Assembly: GCA_023515725.1 (NCBI GenBank)
Contig: JALDTO010000146.1
Span: 620,001 to 684,000 of the forward strand
Direction of reading: 5' to 3'
Origin: Amoeboaphelidium protococcarum X5
Taxonomy: Eukaryota > Fungi > Aphelidiomycota
DNA length: 64,000 nt
The notes below the pieces were generated by a model. It worked only from the letters and a program-made list of their open reading frames with translations. It was not told where the DNA came from and did no database searches. Numbering within the stretch: position 1 is the first letter of the stretch; each line of letters starts with the position of its first letter. Position numbers and translations under genes: made by a program. Positions 13,026-27,254 of this stretch are shown here, in pieces.

Positions 13026-16000
13026 ATGCTCGGTAACAAAGCATCTTACAATAACAGTAAGTGCATGTTATTTTTATTGATCGTTTATGGTTTATTCATT
13101 TCCTTGTATTATTTGTAGGCGTTGCTGATTTTGTTAGTCGCAGTAATGGACACACGGTGATATCCAGAGTTTTGATTGCCAATAATGGTATCGCAGCAGT
13201 TAAGGAAATACGCTCTGTGCGCAAGTGGGCGTATGAGACATTTGGCTATGAGCGCGCTATTGAATTCGTTGCGATGGCCACTCCCGAAGACCTGTCTCAC
13301 AATGCCGAATATATCCGTCTGGCTGATTAGTGTGTGGATGTGCCCGGAGGAAGTAACCACAACAATTATGCCAATGTCGATTTGATTGTGGATATAGCTA
13401 AGCGTACACAATGTCACGCTGTGTGGGCTGGCTGGGGACACGCAAGTGAGAATCCCAAATTACCTAATGCTTTGAAGAGGTGCGGAATCGTGTTTATTGG
13501 TCCTCCGGCTAGCGCGATGTGGTCGCTGGGTGACAAGATATCATCTACTATTGTTGCGTAGTCTGCACAAGTACCTACTATGGCGTGGAGCGGAGATGGC
13601 ATCATACTGGATGAAAACTCTGTGGATGAAGATGGTCACGTTACAGTTCCGGATGATTTGTATTAGAATGCATGCGTTAAGACTGCTGAGGAAGGTTTAG
13701 AACAGGCTAAACGTATTGGGTTTCCTGTAATGATTAAAGCGTCCGAAGGCGGGGGTGGGAAAGGAATTCGAAAGGTTGAAAGTGCTGATATGTTTATACA
13801 TGCATATGAGCAGTGTTGTGCCGAGGTTGCCGGTTCTCCCATCTTTGTGATGAAACTGGCTGGAAACGCGCGTCATTTGGAGGTGCAAATTCTGGCAGAT
13901 CAGTACGGCAACGTAATTTCGCTGTTTGGAAGAGACTGCTCTGTGCAGCGACGCCATTAAAAAATTGTGGAAGAGGCTCCTGTGACTATTGCACCGCGAT
14001 CGACGTTTGAGAAGATGGAGCTGGCGGCTGTGCGCCTGGCCAAGATGGTTGGATACGTTTCGGCTGGTACTGTTGAGTATTTGTATGAACCAGAAACGGA
14101 TAACTTTTACTTTCTCGAGTTGAATCCTCGTCTGCAGGTGGAACATCCATGTACCGAGATGGTGACTGGTATCAATCTGCCGGCATCTCAACTTTTGGTG
14201 GCTATGGGCATCCCCTTGCATGATATCAAGGAAATCAGGTTGATGTATGGTCTGTCTCCGAGAAGCAGTTCTTTGATTGATTTTGATTTCACGAATCCGT
14301 AGTCATCTTCCATCCAACGCCGCCCATCTGCAAAAGGTCATGTTATTGCTGCCAGAATTACCGCCGAGAATCCAGAGGAAGGATTCAAGCCTAGTGGTGG
14401 TTTGATGGAGTCGCTCAACTTCAGGAGCAGTTTGAATGTTTGGGGTTATTTCAGTGTTGGTAATAACGGAGGTCTGCATGAATTTGCGGATTCTCAGTTT
14501 GGTCATGTATTTGCATATGGTGAAGATAGACATTAGGCTCGTAAGAATATGGTTATGGCTCTGAAAGAGTTGAGTATCCGTGGAGACTTCAGAACTACTG
14601 TTGAATACTTGGTGAAACTGCTAGAGACTGAGGCATTCTCAAGTAATAGCATTCACACTGGTTGGCTTGATATGTTGATCACCAAGAGAATGACAGCCGA
14701 GAAGCCGGATAAATACGTTGCTGTCATCTGCGGTGCTGTGGTGAAAGCTCAGATTGAATTTGCCAAGAAGCGTGGTGAATACATGGAGGCACTCAAGCGT
14801 GGTCAGGTGGCTTCTAGATCACTTCTTAAGCTGTCCACTTAGATCACTCTGAATTATGAGCGATAGAAATTCAGCTTCTCTGTTAATCAGACTTCACCAG
14901 CTTCGCTATCTGTTGCTATAAACGGTAGCCGTGTTGAGGTGCAATATCGATTGTTATCAGACTAGTCCTACCTTGTGCTCTTTAACAATAAATCTCATAA
15001 CGTCTATGCCAGAGACGAGGTGGACGGCACACGAATGATCATTGATGGTAAGACGTGCATTTTGGAAAAGGATTTGGATCCTAGTTAGTTGAGAAGTCCA
15101 TCACCGGGGAAGCTCATTCGCCACCTTGTTAAAGATGGCGCCCATGTCAGTAAGTTGTAAGCATATGCAGAGATTGAAGTCATGAAGATGTGTATGCCTT
15201 TGATTGCCAGCGAATCTGGGGTGATAACGTTTGTGAAGTAGCCTGGATCTGTGCTGAAGCCTAATGATCTGATAGGTAGGCTGACGTTCGATTCTGATGC
15301 TCAAGTCACTGTAATAACACCTTTCACTGAGAAGCTGCCAGAATTTTTGCCTCCTGTTGCCTAAATGGACCGTCCCGTTGTGAGATTTGACGCGATTTAT
15401 GCCAAGTTGAAATGCCACATGGATGGTTATCAAAGCTGTCAGAGGGTGGAAGTGTTACTTTCTCAGTTGTGCGACGTGCTTTCTGATAATTAGCTAGCTG
15501 TAGATGCTGCTATAGCGGCTTACTCTAGCATTCAAAGCAGGTTGCCACCTAGTTTAGATTCTAGCATCAGTCCTGTGTTGAATGCTGGCGGTGATCTTGA
15601 TGGATTATATCAGAAGATTACAGAGTGCACCGATTATCATCATACGTCTGTTTAGGATCAATTATCGTGCTTCATGGAATGTCTGCAATAATTTTCTGGC
15701 TCAGTGGAAGACAAGCTTGCCAGATGCTTCCGTGATCTATTGCGCAAGTTCTATGAGGTGGAGGTTCTATTTGACAATGTCGATGATCTGCAGTCTAAAC
15801 TATCTGAGAATAGCACGACCACTGTGGGCGTTATCATGAATTTGCGTGAATAGCATTCCACAGATCTGTAAAAAGTGACTGATATTGTTGTGGCGCATAT
15901 CAATGTTATGCCTAGACTGCAATTGGTGATGGCTTTATTGGACAAGATTGACTCGAGTTTGGATTTGGAATCTTTTGATGAATTGAAGGCTATGGTAAAG

Positions 16001-19000
16001 AAGCTGGCTCAATTAAATCATGGTAATGTCGCTCCGGCAGCTCTCAAAGCCAGAGAGATGGTGATAAAGTCTCATATCCCAAGCTTGGATGATCGTGTGT
16101 AATTTGTGTCTAATATTCTAGCTTAGTCCACTGCATCTGCTGAGCTGCAGTTTCCAGAGTATAAGACACCAGACATTGGTGCTCTCATCCCGTTGATAAA
16201 TACGAGTTATACGCTATTTGATGTCTTGGTATCATTCATGTTTGACAATAATCGCTTTGTCAGTCTGGCAGCTATGCAGGTTTACATTAGACGTGCCTTT
16301 CATTCAACTTTAATTTAAGTGGGTGATCTGGATACTGAGCATTTGCCGTTCTATTTAAATTGGTCTTTCTCTGACAGTAGTGTGCCTTCGAGTTCTTCAA
16401 AGCAAGGCTTAATGTTTGTCGTGGATGATCTTTCCAAGCTTTAGTTGAACTTCATCGGTGGTATCCTGAGCAAGTAGACTGATGATATGAAAGCAACCTG
16501 TCTGTATATTGTAACCAAATGTGTTAATGAGAACACTTATGGTGCTGTAATTAAGTAGTCGAAAGGTCTACTGAGGTCTAAAAATGTCACTCAATGCAAT
16601 TTTATAATATTTGACAAGGTTGGCAAATACCCGAATTACTAGTCATTCAAGCTAGATACAGACTCAGGTGATTACAATGAAGACTTGATGTTGCGTAATG
16701 TTGAACCTGCGATGGCACATCAGCTTGAGCTGCATAGATTGTCAAACTTCACGATTGCGCCTGTGCTAAAATACCATTTGCCTCGTCTGCACATCTATTA
16801 GGCCACTGGTAAAGAGAACTCCTCTGATGAGCGTTTCTTCTTACGTGTTATGGCGCGTCCTGTTAAACTAGTTGGTTCCACAGAGAATGATTTGAGAGAG
16901 GCCACCATTGATTATCTCACTTCACTTGGAGATCGTGTTCTTATGGAGGCTCTGGACGCCCTGGAGATTGTGTGTGTTGAGTAGCCAAAGGCTGATTGTA
17001 ATCATATCTTTATCAATTTTGTTCCACACTTCAAGAATATTACTGCTAGGGACGTTGAACTAGCTCTACCTGGATTCATAATGCGTCATGGTTACCGACT
17101 GTGGAAATTGCGTGTCACCAACGCTGAGATTCGTATTGTCATATATGACCATGAGCTGGGCAAGCTGGTACCTCATCGCTTCTTCTTAACCAATGTATCT
17201 GGGTATGTGTTGAAGACTGAGGGCTACAAAGAGGTGATTATGGCGGCGGATAGTGGAAAAACTTTGTTGCGTAGTTTGAAAGATGGCACGGGATCGTATC
17301 ATGGATTCGAGGTGCAGTTTTTGTATTAGACTAAAGAACCACTGCAACCAAAGCGATACAAAGCTCATTTGTTGGGAACCACGTATGTGTACGACTATCC
17401 AGAGTTGTTTGAACAGGCGTTGTCTTTGGCTTGGACGAAATGTGGAGCATAGATGCCTCAGGATGTTTCAAAGTGTCAAGAGTTTGTAGTCGATCCTCAG
17501 AGTAAGCAATTGGTGGAGATTTCGCGCCCAGAAGGTTCTAATGATATTGGAATGGTGCTGTGGATATTCACTATGAAGACACCAGAGTATCCAGATGGTA
17601 GATAGGTGCTGGTTTTGGCTAATGATATTACTCACTAGATTGGATCTTTTGGAGTGGATGAGGATATGCTCTTCAATCTGGGAACCGAGATGGCCCAGGG
17701 ATTAGGTATTCCGCGTATATATCTGAGTGCCAATTCCGGTGCCAGAATTGGTTTGGCTGAAGAGCTGAGTGATTTATTCCAAGTCGCTTGGAAGAGTGAG
17801 GACGATGTTCACTCTGGCGTTGATTACTTGTATTTGGATGAGGACTCTTATTAGTCGCTTTGTGCAAAAGTCTCCTTAGTCAGTAATGGCGGTGATGGAA
17901 GCAGAATTGCCGCACATTTTTAAGAGATGACCATCAATGGTTAGGTGAGATTTAAAATTTTGGATGTTATCGGTTTGCAAGAAGGTTTTGGTGTTGAGAA
18001 TCTGAAGGGCTCTGGAATGATTGCTGGTAGTACTAGTCGCGCATATAAGGATATTTTTACTATCTCCATGGTGTCTTGCAGATCTGTTGGCATCGGTGCG
18101 TACTTGGTCCGTCTTGGGTAGAGAGTCATACAGGTGGATGGACATCCCATTATTTTGACTGGTTCTGGAGCTTTGAACAAGGTTCTTGGCCGCGAGGTAT
18201 ATACCTCTAATCTGCAACTTGGCGGCACTCAGATAATGCATAATAATGGGGTTACTCACTTGACCGCACACGATGATATGCATGGTGTTATGCAGATTTT
18301 AAATTGGCTCAGTTTTGTACCAAAGCATAGAGATGCTCCTCTATCACTGAGTTCCGTCAGCCACAATATCGATGTTGTGGTAGATCGCGATGTCGAATAT
18401 TATCCAACAAAAAGCGGTCAATATGATGTGAGAAGCCTGATATCTGGCGCAGAAGCTGATGGCATCTTTATGCACGGAATGTTTGACAGGGGCTCATTTG
18501 TAGAGACTCTAGCCGGGTGGGCCAAGACAACTGTCGTTGGCAGAGCTAGACTTGGTGGAATACCTTGTGGTGTAATTGCTGTGGAAGTTAGATCGAGAGA
18601 ATACGTTGTGCCTGCTGATCCTGCGTGTGCGAATTCTGTTGAAGGTGTACACTAGCAAGCTGGCCAGGTGTGGTTCCCAAATAATGCATTCAAGACTGCT
18701 CAGGCTATTAATGATTTCAATCACGGCGAGCAATTGCCTCTGTTCATTTTGGCTAACTGGAGAGGATTCAGCGGTGGAATGATGGACATGTACAATGAGA
18801 TTTTGAAGTATGGTGCAATGATTGTCGATGCTCTGAGTGATTATAAGCGGCCGGTGTTTGTGTATCTGCCCCCATTTGCTGAACTTCGCGGTGGCGCTTG
18901 GGTAGTTTTAGATTCTGCGATCAATCCAAAGTTTATTGAGATGTATTCAGATCCTAATGCACGTGGCGGTGTCCTCGAACCAGAAGGTATTGTGGAGATT

Positions 19001-19324
19001 AAGTTTAGAAAGTAGAAGTTATTGAACATGATGGAACGTCTTAATCCGCAGTACAAGAAGCTGAGCGCCGAGTATAAAATTGCCAAGGCCGACAGAGGTG
19101 TGAGTAATTGTGAACTACGCGAAATGGAGTTACAACTGAAGGAGGTGGAGCAGCAGTTGCTACCTGCGTATTAGTAGGCGGCTGTTCACTTTGCAGATCT
19201 ACATGACAAGCCGGAGAGAATGCTTGCCAAGAAGGCTATCGATGGTATTGTGGAATGGAAGGATTCCAGAAGATTCTTCTACAATAGATTGAAGTAGCGG
19301 TTGGAAGAATTGGGTAAATTTTGA
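13026..19324 (+). CDS. ACC1: Eukaryotic single-chain acetyl-CoA carboxylase, about 2078 aa; intron 13057-13118
   Basis: [32 protein letters not shown](TAA)KIVEEAP, biotin-attachment EVMKM, carboxyltransferase motifs [10 protein letters not shown] and GGVLEPEG. Confidence 0.98.
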
Positions 19325-19407
19325 TATAACAGGATGAAAGTAATACATGAATAAAACATTAAATCATTATTAAAAGATCTTCAAACATCATACATTACAC
19401 ATCAGCA

Positions 19408-20319
19408 TCAATACAGAATTATGAACAATAAAGCGACAATTATTGCAGTCCAATTTGCATTGACCTTGGACGCAGATCCAATCTAGAATGGAGGTCTTGG
19501 TAGATTTTTGAACCAACGTGGTGGACAGGTTTTATTAGCAGCCTTCATCAAAGGAGTGGCCTGTTCCAAATACGGTTCCATGTATTGTGTGAAGTTGGCA
19601 TATGACTGTGAATTCAAAGCCTGAACCGAAGCGTATACCAGCGCTGCACAATCTGAGCAACTGGCGCTTTTATTCACCTATCTACTACTCTTACCATTCA
19701 CAACCTACACACGAAAAATCAATCATTTGTATCACATAATTGAATGTTTCTATTTAGTCTAAATTTACCAGATCGAACCAACAATATTGCGTGTAATTGG
19801 CTTATTTTTAATTGAGACAAAGCAAGTCACGAGTTAGAATGTTAACCTTGAACACTGTCAATGCGGGAAGGTTCTGTTTGGAGGTTGCACCTATGTCGCT
19901 TACATTATTCACAGGCACTGTAATGTTGAAATCTTGTCCACACGCCATATAGATATTCTTGTACAACTAGTTTTAAGCATCAACTACATGAACATTATAA
20001 TTAAACGGTATCTTAATATTCAGTTTCATAACAATAAACTAAGCTTACAACACGATTAGGAGCATTGTTTTTACCATAGCGTAAATGGATTGTCCTCAGG
20101 CACGGACATTACACTAGACTTCTCCTACTTGTTTTGACCAGAGCTGATCTCAAGCGGCATTGTCGCAGGTGGAACTTTACTACCACACAGTTTCAACACA
20201 TCCACTGACGGATTGATAAAGGCATCCAGAGCCCGCTGGCATTTATCGCTCGGCTGCTCAGCATTAGAAAAGGTAGTTGATACCAATACGGCAGCAAGTA
20301 GAAGGTATTTCTGAAACAT
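19408..20319 (-). CDS. Secreted, probably GPI-anchored Cys-rich surface protein (2 short introns; exon limits approximate)
   Basis: Signal peptide MFQKYLLLAAVLVSTTFSNA; several Cys; C-terminus GSASKVNANWTAIIVALLFIILY-TGA is typical of a GPI signal. Confidence 0.7.
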
Positions 20320-20725
20320 ATCAAGCAGATAGGTGCAAAATAGCGATAGATGACTCTCACTAAGTTGTGAAACTGTCAATTAGAGTGAAACAATGGCCAA
20401 TTGTTCGATTGCCTGCTGGCTGACACAATAACGAGTGAAACGATGGTCGGCCGTCACGCGTGTCTTCCATTTAGACGTCGTTCCATCGCATGACTGATGT
20501 GCTATTCTGTATGTGTGTTCTAAACGAACAAAACTACGGTGAAACAGGCGCGATCAATCTACATGGGAGGACATTACAGTACTCATCAAATATATAAATC
20601 AACTTCCGTGCACACAGAAGTATTACGCGATTAAAACCAAAAATTGCTTTATATGCTAGATTAAACGTACATTTCAGAGAGTGAAATCATTCAAAACATT
20701 ATCAGTGCTTCACTGTGCATCAGAG

Positions 20726-21201
20726 TCAGAAAATGGTTCCAGATTTCAATTGCGAATCAATTGAATTGGGATCTCTATCTCCAAGTATACGCTCATTATT
20801 TCTATTAAATACGCTGTAAGCAGACATTTATGAAGAATCTTGTGGGTTTGTCGATGTGTTCATGTATATAATGACCAGAATACTCATGCATAAATACACT
20901 CCTCCGAAGCCATAATGACTCGTCGCGACAAGTAATATAAACCATAAGATTATTTTCAGCTGTACATTTCTGTCCCGGAGAGACAAAGATAGTCTATTCA
21001 TGAATGCTACATGTCACAGCAAGTGATATAAAATTGTACAGTTTGCATTTTCCCTAAAATAAAATAATACTTACATTTGATCTCGGCATCAGACTTTGGT
21101 GAGGATGCTTCATCATCACTCACACCATCTCTAACTGTATTTCTTACGTTTGCATCATCTTTCCGGTATAAATCGTGTATAGTTCTTATTCTTGGTGCCA
21201 T
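20726..21201 (-). CDS. SAYSD1: SAYSvFN-motif membrane protein, one intron at about 21007-21074
   Basis: Hydrophobic hairpin followed by KMSAYSVFNRNNERILGD. Confidence 0.85.
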
Positions 21202-21328
21202 ATTATTAATAATTTCGAATATACTGTAAGAGCCTAGTTTGAGTTATTCGATATTGAGATCGACGAACGTAAAAGTACTTGCGAGAGAGAAAACACTCAG
21301 CCCCCCATCAATAGTATTCTATTTTGAT

Positions 21329-23290
21329 TCAACAATTTTCAATTAATCTCTGCATAACCTCTTTTCGAAGTTTCTGCACCAATGAGAAGTCGTATGTGCC
21401 AGGCAGAGGACATGCATCTGTGCACTTCATAGAACGCGGTCGTATCGCCCTTCCATTGTGTAATCTAGCCATATCAAATTTACTCAGAGGCACTCTGATA
21501 TGATGCAGGAGCACATCATCGGGACTGAAGAATGCAATAGTGTGATTAGCTGGAGCACCATTGGACTAGCCGCTGCAGCCAACCAGTCTTTGAACTTCTT
21601 ACTCAGGATTTGTAAATAGATTGTGAAGACCAGCAGGTCCCTATTAGCAAACAGACCTTTAGTTGAAATTCTAAATTAGAGGAGCCCCCGGTTAGTGAAC
21701 CAGAACGTGTTCTGTCAGTAGAGATCTGACTATAAGCTTGGATCGCTTGAATGGAGGACTCACAAACACCTCCCTGTAGGCACTGTTATATACATAAGGT
21801 AGATGCTAAGTATTCTCGTAACCAGGAGTATTTTTAAAGCCATAAACACATTTGGTAGTCTGTAAATTAGCGCGCACCTGGCTTATTTCAACTAAATTGG
21901 CCCCAGAGACACCAAACTAATCAACAGAAATTTAATTCACATCCAATCGACAATTGCTACAAGAAAATGAATTCCGGATACCAAAACTGAACAGAACAGA
22001 GTCTGAATGGCGTTACTCTGTTTTTTTTATCGAAGTTATAAGGCTTTCCTACTTTGCAACCATGTATTCATCCAGATCAATAAAGGCAACGTACTTGAAT
22101 TTACTAACGGCATTCATCAGACACTACTAAGACAGAATAGACTATCCGTAATAATGAATGTTTACAAGTGCAAAAGTAGAATCTGGCACAAGACTAGACG
22201 GGCTGTTTGAGATATAAGAGATTGTACGCTGCTCTTGTTCATACTTTGCCACGACTAGAACCGCAACAGAATCTACAGCATTCAGCCAAGTTTACTTTTG
22301 CAAGCGATCGCTAGCATTCAAAGGAGGTGAGATCCAATGTGCTATTTAGACAGATTGATCGCGTTATTGATAGTGCTAAGCGACTCTAAAACTATGACCA
22401 TTTAGAGGAATGGAGTAATTGTACATAAAAATGTTCTCGAATCCCATCAATTTATGATACTCTATCCAAGTCTTAATAGTATCTTGGTAAATATTGCCTC
22501 TCATAGCATTGGTACAAATAGCCATTGTATCCGATTGTTCGACACCGACAAGCTTTTGAATGCTAAAATCGCTCTGTAAATTTAAGGATATCCAACTCTC
22601 TTCAACTTGATCAGACTTTTAAATATCAGTCGGTAGCAAGGTGACCATAAACTTGGAATTTTCGGCACGGAGCATATCAAGCTATGAATTAGATACCGGA
22701 CATGTTATAATGGCAGGTCGATAATCATTACGTTCAAATACAAACTTAATCCTAGCTTCAGACGCGATAAGAACCTGGCTGTAATCAGAAGAGTCAACGA
22801 TAGCGCACGAGAGACGGCCAGGCTAAAGCCACGGGTAGGAGATGTCTTGCGCAAGTATATGACTGTAAGATCCCAAAATAACCAACTCGGCATTTTCATG
22901 AAAAAGTTGCGGCCTGATATCCAGCCAGGCCTGTATCATATACAATCCGAACTTGGTTCTCGGCTGATCTAAAGTGTATAATAGCGGGACCCACGTCACA
23001 ATATCGTTCCGAGTTAACTCTTGTTACGTAACTTCTGTAGTATTTCTACTCTGCACTGAATTATAATGTTCCAATTAACTTGCAAATGGATTCGAGGGTA
23101 CAGCTTCTGTTGGGTATTTACCAAATCTCAAGTACAGCCGTCGATGTATCATACTAGGATTGCCAAAGCCATCAATCGAGAATATCGCCACCAGCAGGAG
23201 AATGGAGCATAACACCAAGATAGAGGTCAACATGGCCATATGTTCACTTTTCAGACGGACAATTTAACGCCAGAGAGACATAACGCCCAT
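21329..23290 (-). CDS. Type II membrane glycosyltransferase, GT92/DUF23-like, about 653 aa
   Basis: N-terminal TM anchor; AICTNAM...TWIEYHKLMGFENIFMY; HYYGQSILSQQCL...KYVAFIDLDEYM (DxDE); LLHHIR near the C-terminus. Start and stop share a frame. Confidence 0.75.
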
Positions 23291-24043
23291 TTGATCAAAA
23301 CAATTAAATTGCGCAACCGCTGCGAGTTTAAAGTCTTTTTGTTTTTGTTTTGATCGATGATAAGGATGACGACGATATTGCCGAGTGGATGGAACACAAA
23401 AGTGATTCAGATAAGATAAAATAGGTGGCCTGGAGGTGTCTTTGATCAGCGTCTCACAAAGTTTTTTTCTCTCTCTCTCGTTTCAAACAATCGTCAAACA
23501 AAACAAATATGTTGAAACGATCGATGGATGAATGGCAAATGTCTTGGCATTTCCTGTCAAACACAATCCCTCACTCGTCCTTGTGAATTTCACGCATTTT
23601 ATTGATGTTTATATACATACTCACCTGGCGCTCCTTATTGTTTTCTTTATACGAGAAGTGATGCATTAAACTAAGACAATGTACTTTGCTCGCATTAAAT
23701 CAAACTTTACTGGGAAAGATTTAGTTGCGACTAGTCTAATTAATCACTTCCAAATCTTCAAACTTTACGCTTTAAATTAAATTGTCATACGTACTTTCAA
23801 GCACAGTGAATGGGTGGATCTCCAATATTGAGCTCTTAGGGAAAAGTCACACGGCGATCGCTCTCACGGTTTCGCCGCTCAGTGTTCTCTGAGTCTTGCC
23901 AACCTGCGCCGTTTCCAGTTTGAATTCACAACTGTAAGCAGCGTTGAAGTAATACAAACATTTAATCCTTCCGTCTTCTTCTTCTTCCCTGAGAATCACT
24001 ACTGTAATTATCACTTTAATCAATAAGAAGCTTATAATTGATA

Positions 24044-25717
24044 ATGGCTCCATCTGAACAATAGAACAATATGAATAGCAACTATAGAAGATCTCGTGCT
24101 CAAATGGCTGATGATGAGACTTACACTGAGGTGGTTGAGACATTGCACAATGAAGCTGGTATTGATTACAACAGACCAATTATTCATAATGCAAGCGCTG
24201 CGGTGTTGTATGAAGAGGCTTTGAAGTATGAGGAGGGTTCGGCTATTACTAGTACTGGTGCTCTGGCAACTTCAAGTGGTTAGAAGACTGGCAGAAGTCC
24301 AAAGGATAAGCGCATTGTCGATGATCCTTCATGCAGCAATGATGTTTGGTGGGGACCGGTCAACATCAAGATGGATGATAAGGTTTTCATGATCAATCGT
24401 GAGCGTGCTGTGGATTACTTGAACACCCGCGACCGTCTGTATGTCATTGATGGTTATGCTGGCTGGGATCCTGAGCATCGTTTGAAGATTCGTGTGGTGT
24501 GTGCTAGAGCCTACCACGCTCTCTTCATGAAGAACATGTTGATCCGTCCAACTGAGGAGGAGCTGAAAGATTTCCATCATCCTGATTTTACCATCTTTAA
24601 TGCTGGTCAGTTTCCTGCCAATCGCTATACTTTGGGTATGACCAGTACGACTTCTATTGCTGTTCACTTTGGCAGAAATGAGATGGTCATCCTGGGTACT
24701 CAGTATGCTGGTGAGATGAAGAAGGGTGTGTTCACAGTGATGCACTACCTGATGCCAAAAAAGGGAGTATTGTCTCTGCATTCTAGTGCTAATGAGGGCA
24801 AGGATGGCGATGTCTCCTTGTTCTTTGGTCTCAGTGGTACTGGGAAGACTACCCTGTCTGCAGATCCGCACAGAAAGTTGATTGGTGATGATGAGCACTG
24901 CTGGAGTGAAAAGGGCGTGTTCAACATTGAAGGTGGATGTTATGCCAAGTGTATTGGGCTGAGTGGAGAGAAGGAACCGGAGATTTACAATGCTATCCGC
25001 TTTGGATCCGTTTTGGAGAATGTCGTCTATGAGCCAATGTCTCGTGTTGTCAATTATGATAATTCTGAATTGACTGAGAACACTCGTTGTGCCTATCCTA
25101 TCGAGTATATTCCAAATGCAAAGATTCCTTGCATGGCTGGCTAGCCTCAGAATATTGTTCTGTTGACTTGTGATGCTATGGGAGTCTTGCCACCAGTGTC
25201 AAAATTGACCGAGGACCAGGTGATGTATCATTTCATCTCTGGTTATACTAGTAAGGTGCCCGGAACTGAGATGGGAGTCGTCAAGCCTCAAGCTACTTTC
25301 AGTGCATGCTTCGGCCAGCCGTTCCTGGTGTGGCATCCGACCAAGTATGCCACCATGTTGGCAGAGAAGATGCGCCATCACAAAGCTAACGCATGGCTGG
25401 TGAATACTGGCTGGAGTGGTGGTGCTTTCGGTAAGGGTAAGAGAATCTCGCTAAAGTACAGCCGTGCCATTATTGATGCAATTCATGATGGTTCTCTGAA
25501 CAAGGCCCAATATGAGAATTATCCAGTGTTTGGATTGTAGATTCCAAAGTCTTGTCCAAATGTACCAGATAACGTGTTGAATCCACAGAAGAGTTGGGAT
25601 TCCTCCTCTGAGTATGAGGCAACCGTCAAGGAATTGGCTAAATTGTTCCAAGACAACTTTAAGCAGTATGCATCCATGGCTGAGAAGTCTGTATGTGAAG
25701 CTGGTCCAAAGATGTGA
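24044..25717 (+). CDS. PCK1: Phosphoenolpyruvate carboxykinase (ATP), 557 aa
   Basis: [53 protein letters not shown]. Confidence 0.98.
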
Positions 25718-25960
25718 TTATGGAATGGAACCTGTATTGAGACATAATCTTGACTTGTGTGAAATATAACTATCCTTTTGGATTTAACACATTTATAATT
25801 ATTTTTGTGTATCACCGCGTGACGTGTTCTATAAACTTCGAGCACCTCCTCGATGAATCACGCGTCACACGCAACACTGTGATAGGCCGCGGCCCTGTAC
25901 ATCCTCCTCCTTCTTCTTCTTGCAAGTCTGTAAAGATTAATTCTAGTGTAGTAAACAAAC

Positions 25961-26224
25961 ATGTAGTCTGAGTAAGAATTGTTAAAGTAACAAGAAATTG
26001 ATGTCCATCCAATGCTGTATCGTGAGTATATGGATGGCCATTTGAAGTTGAATACCGACAGTGGCGATGTCAACAACAACAAAGCTGATCAGGAAAAGCT
26101 ATAGTCAATCACCGAGTTGAAGGAGACTGATGACATTTAAACTCATCCTCTGTTATGGAAAGAGTACAAGGATGCAGTGTCTGATGTTTCGCGTGATAAT
26201 TCTTCTGAATAATAATAACAATGA
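25961..26224 (+). CDS. 87-aa acidic protein with a two-copy internal repeat; function unknown
   Basis: ATG TAG TCT...TGA is open only under TAR=Gln. Repeats ELLKQQEIDVHPMLYREYMDG and ELKETDDIQTHPLLWKEYKDA. Confidence 0.7.
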
Positions 26225-26417
26225 TATCTTGTGTTGATTTCAGTGTTTTTTCACTTGCTTTTCTGAACATTCCACGTCTCATTACATCAATTGACGCGTT
26301 TCATTTATTTTGTTTCATACCATCTCTTTTCACCATATTGTGTTGTAATTAATTATCGTCTTTTTCTTTCACATTCGTTGTGATATCTTCATATATAATA
26401 AGTATTTTCACAGTAGT

Positions 26418-27188
26418 ATGAGTGGGGGTAGTTCTATCAGATTAAATCGCATCAAGGCTGAGATAAAGTAGTTGTAAAAGTATCAGTTTAATGGCATTGT
26501 TGCGTGGCCGTCAGACGAGGTGATGGGGTAGTTTGAATGTATCATGCAAGGTCCCGAGTAAAGTCCATACGAGGGAGGATCGTTCAAGTTGATGATTCAG
26601 TGTCCTGATCGATATCCAATGGAACCTCCGAATGTGCGATTCACGACCAAAGTATATCATCCCAACATTGATAGTCAGGGAAGAATTTGTTTGGACTTGT
26701 TGAAAAGTGAGCCTAAAGGTTGCTGGTCTCCATCCAAGAACATTGCCGGTATTCTGGTTGCTATAAGGATGCTGTTGGCAGAACCCAATCCAGATGACCC
26801 TTTAGATGCAGATATTGTAAATATTAATTTTTGATATATTTGATCGTCGTCTATCAATCAAACTGTGATTATCGTTATGTGTATGTAGGCGTCCGAGTAT
26901 ATATCAAACATTCAACTGTTCAATTGCAAAGCTAAAGAGTTTACACTAAAACACGCCAAACAATAATAGTAAAGTAAGATTAACATTGACGATACTGAGA
27001 ATACTAAAGACATTAACACTGACGCGTCAGTCTAAAAAGTTAAAGATGATTTTCTCAATTCAGTCTCAAGCAAAGAGAAAGTTGATGAAAGCGTTGAGGC
27101 AAGTCTATCAGTAAAGCCGGCCGAGTCTGTTAAACGTTAAAGTAAATTCGTACTTAGTACCAAGGCAAGCAAGAAGATGAAAGAATGA
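26418..27188 (+). CDS. UBE2T: Ubiquitin-conjugating enzyme E2 T-like; intron 26817-26888
   Basis: [51 protein letters not shown], charged C-terminal tail. Confidence 0.88.
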
Positions 27189-27254
27189 ACACTTTGTACA
27201 AATACATTAAATGGAATATCTTTAAAGCGTATTGTACACAGCGCATCTTCACGT

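Noticed and set aside
13026-19324. ACC1 and other fragmented ORFs as pseudogenes
   Set aside because: All interruptions are TAA/TAG in one frame, often at conserved Gln positions, so code reassignment explains them.
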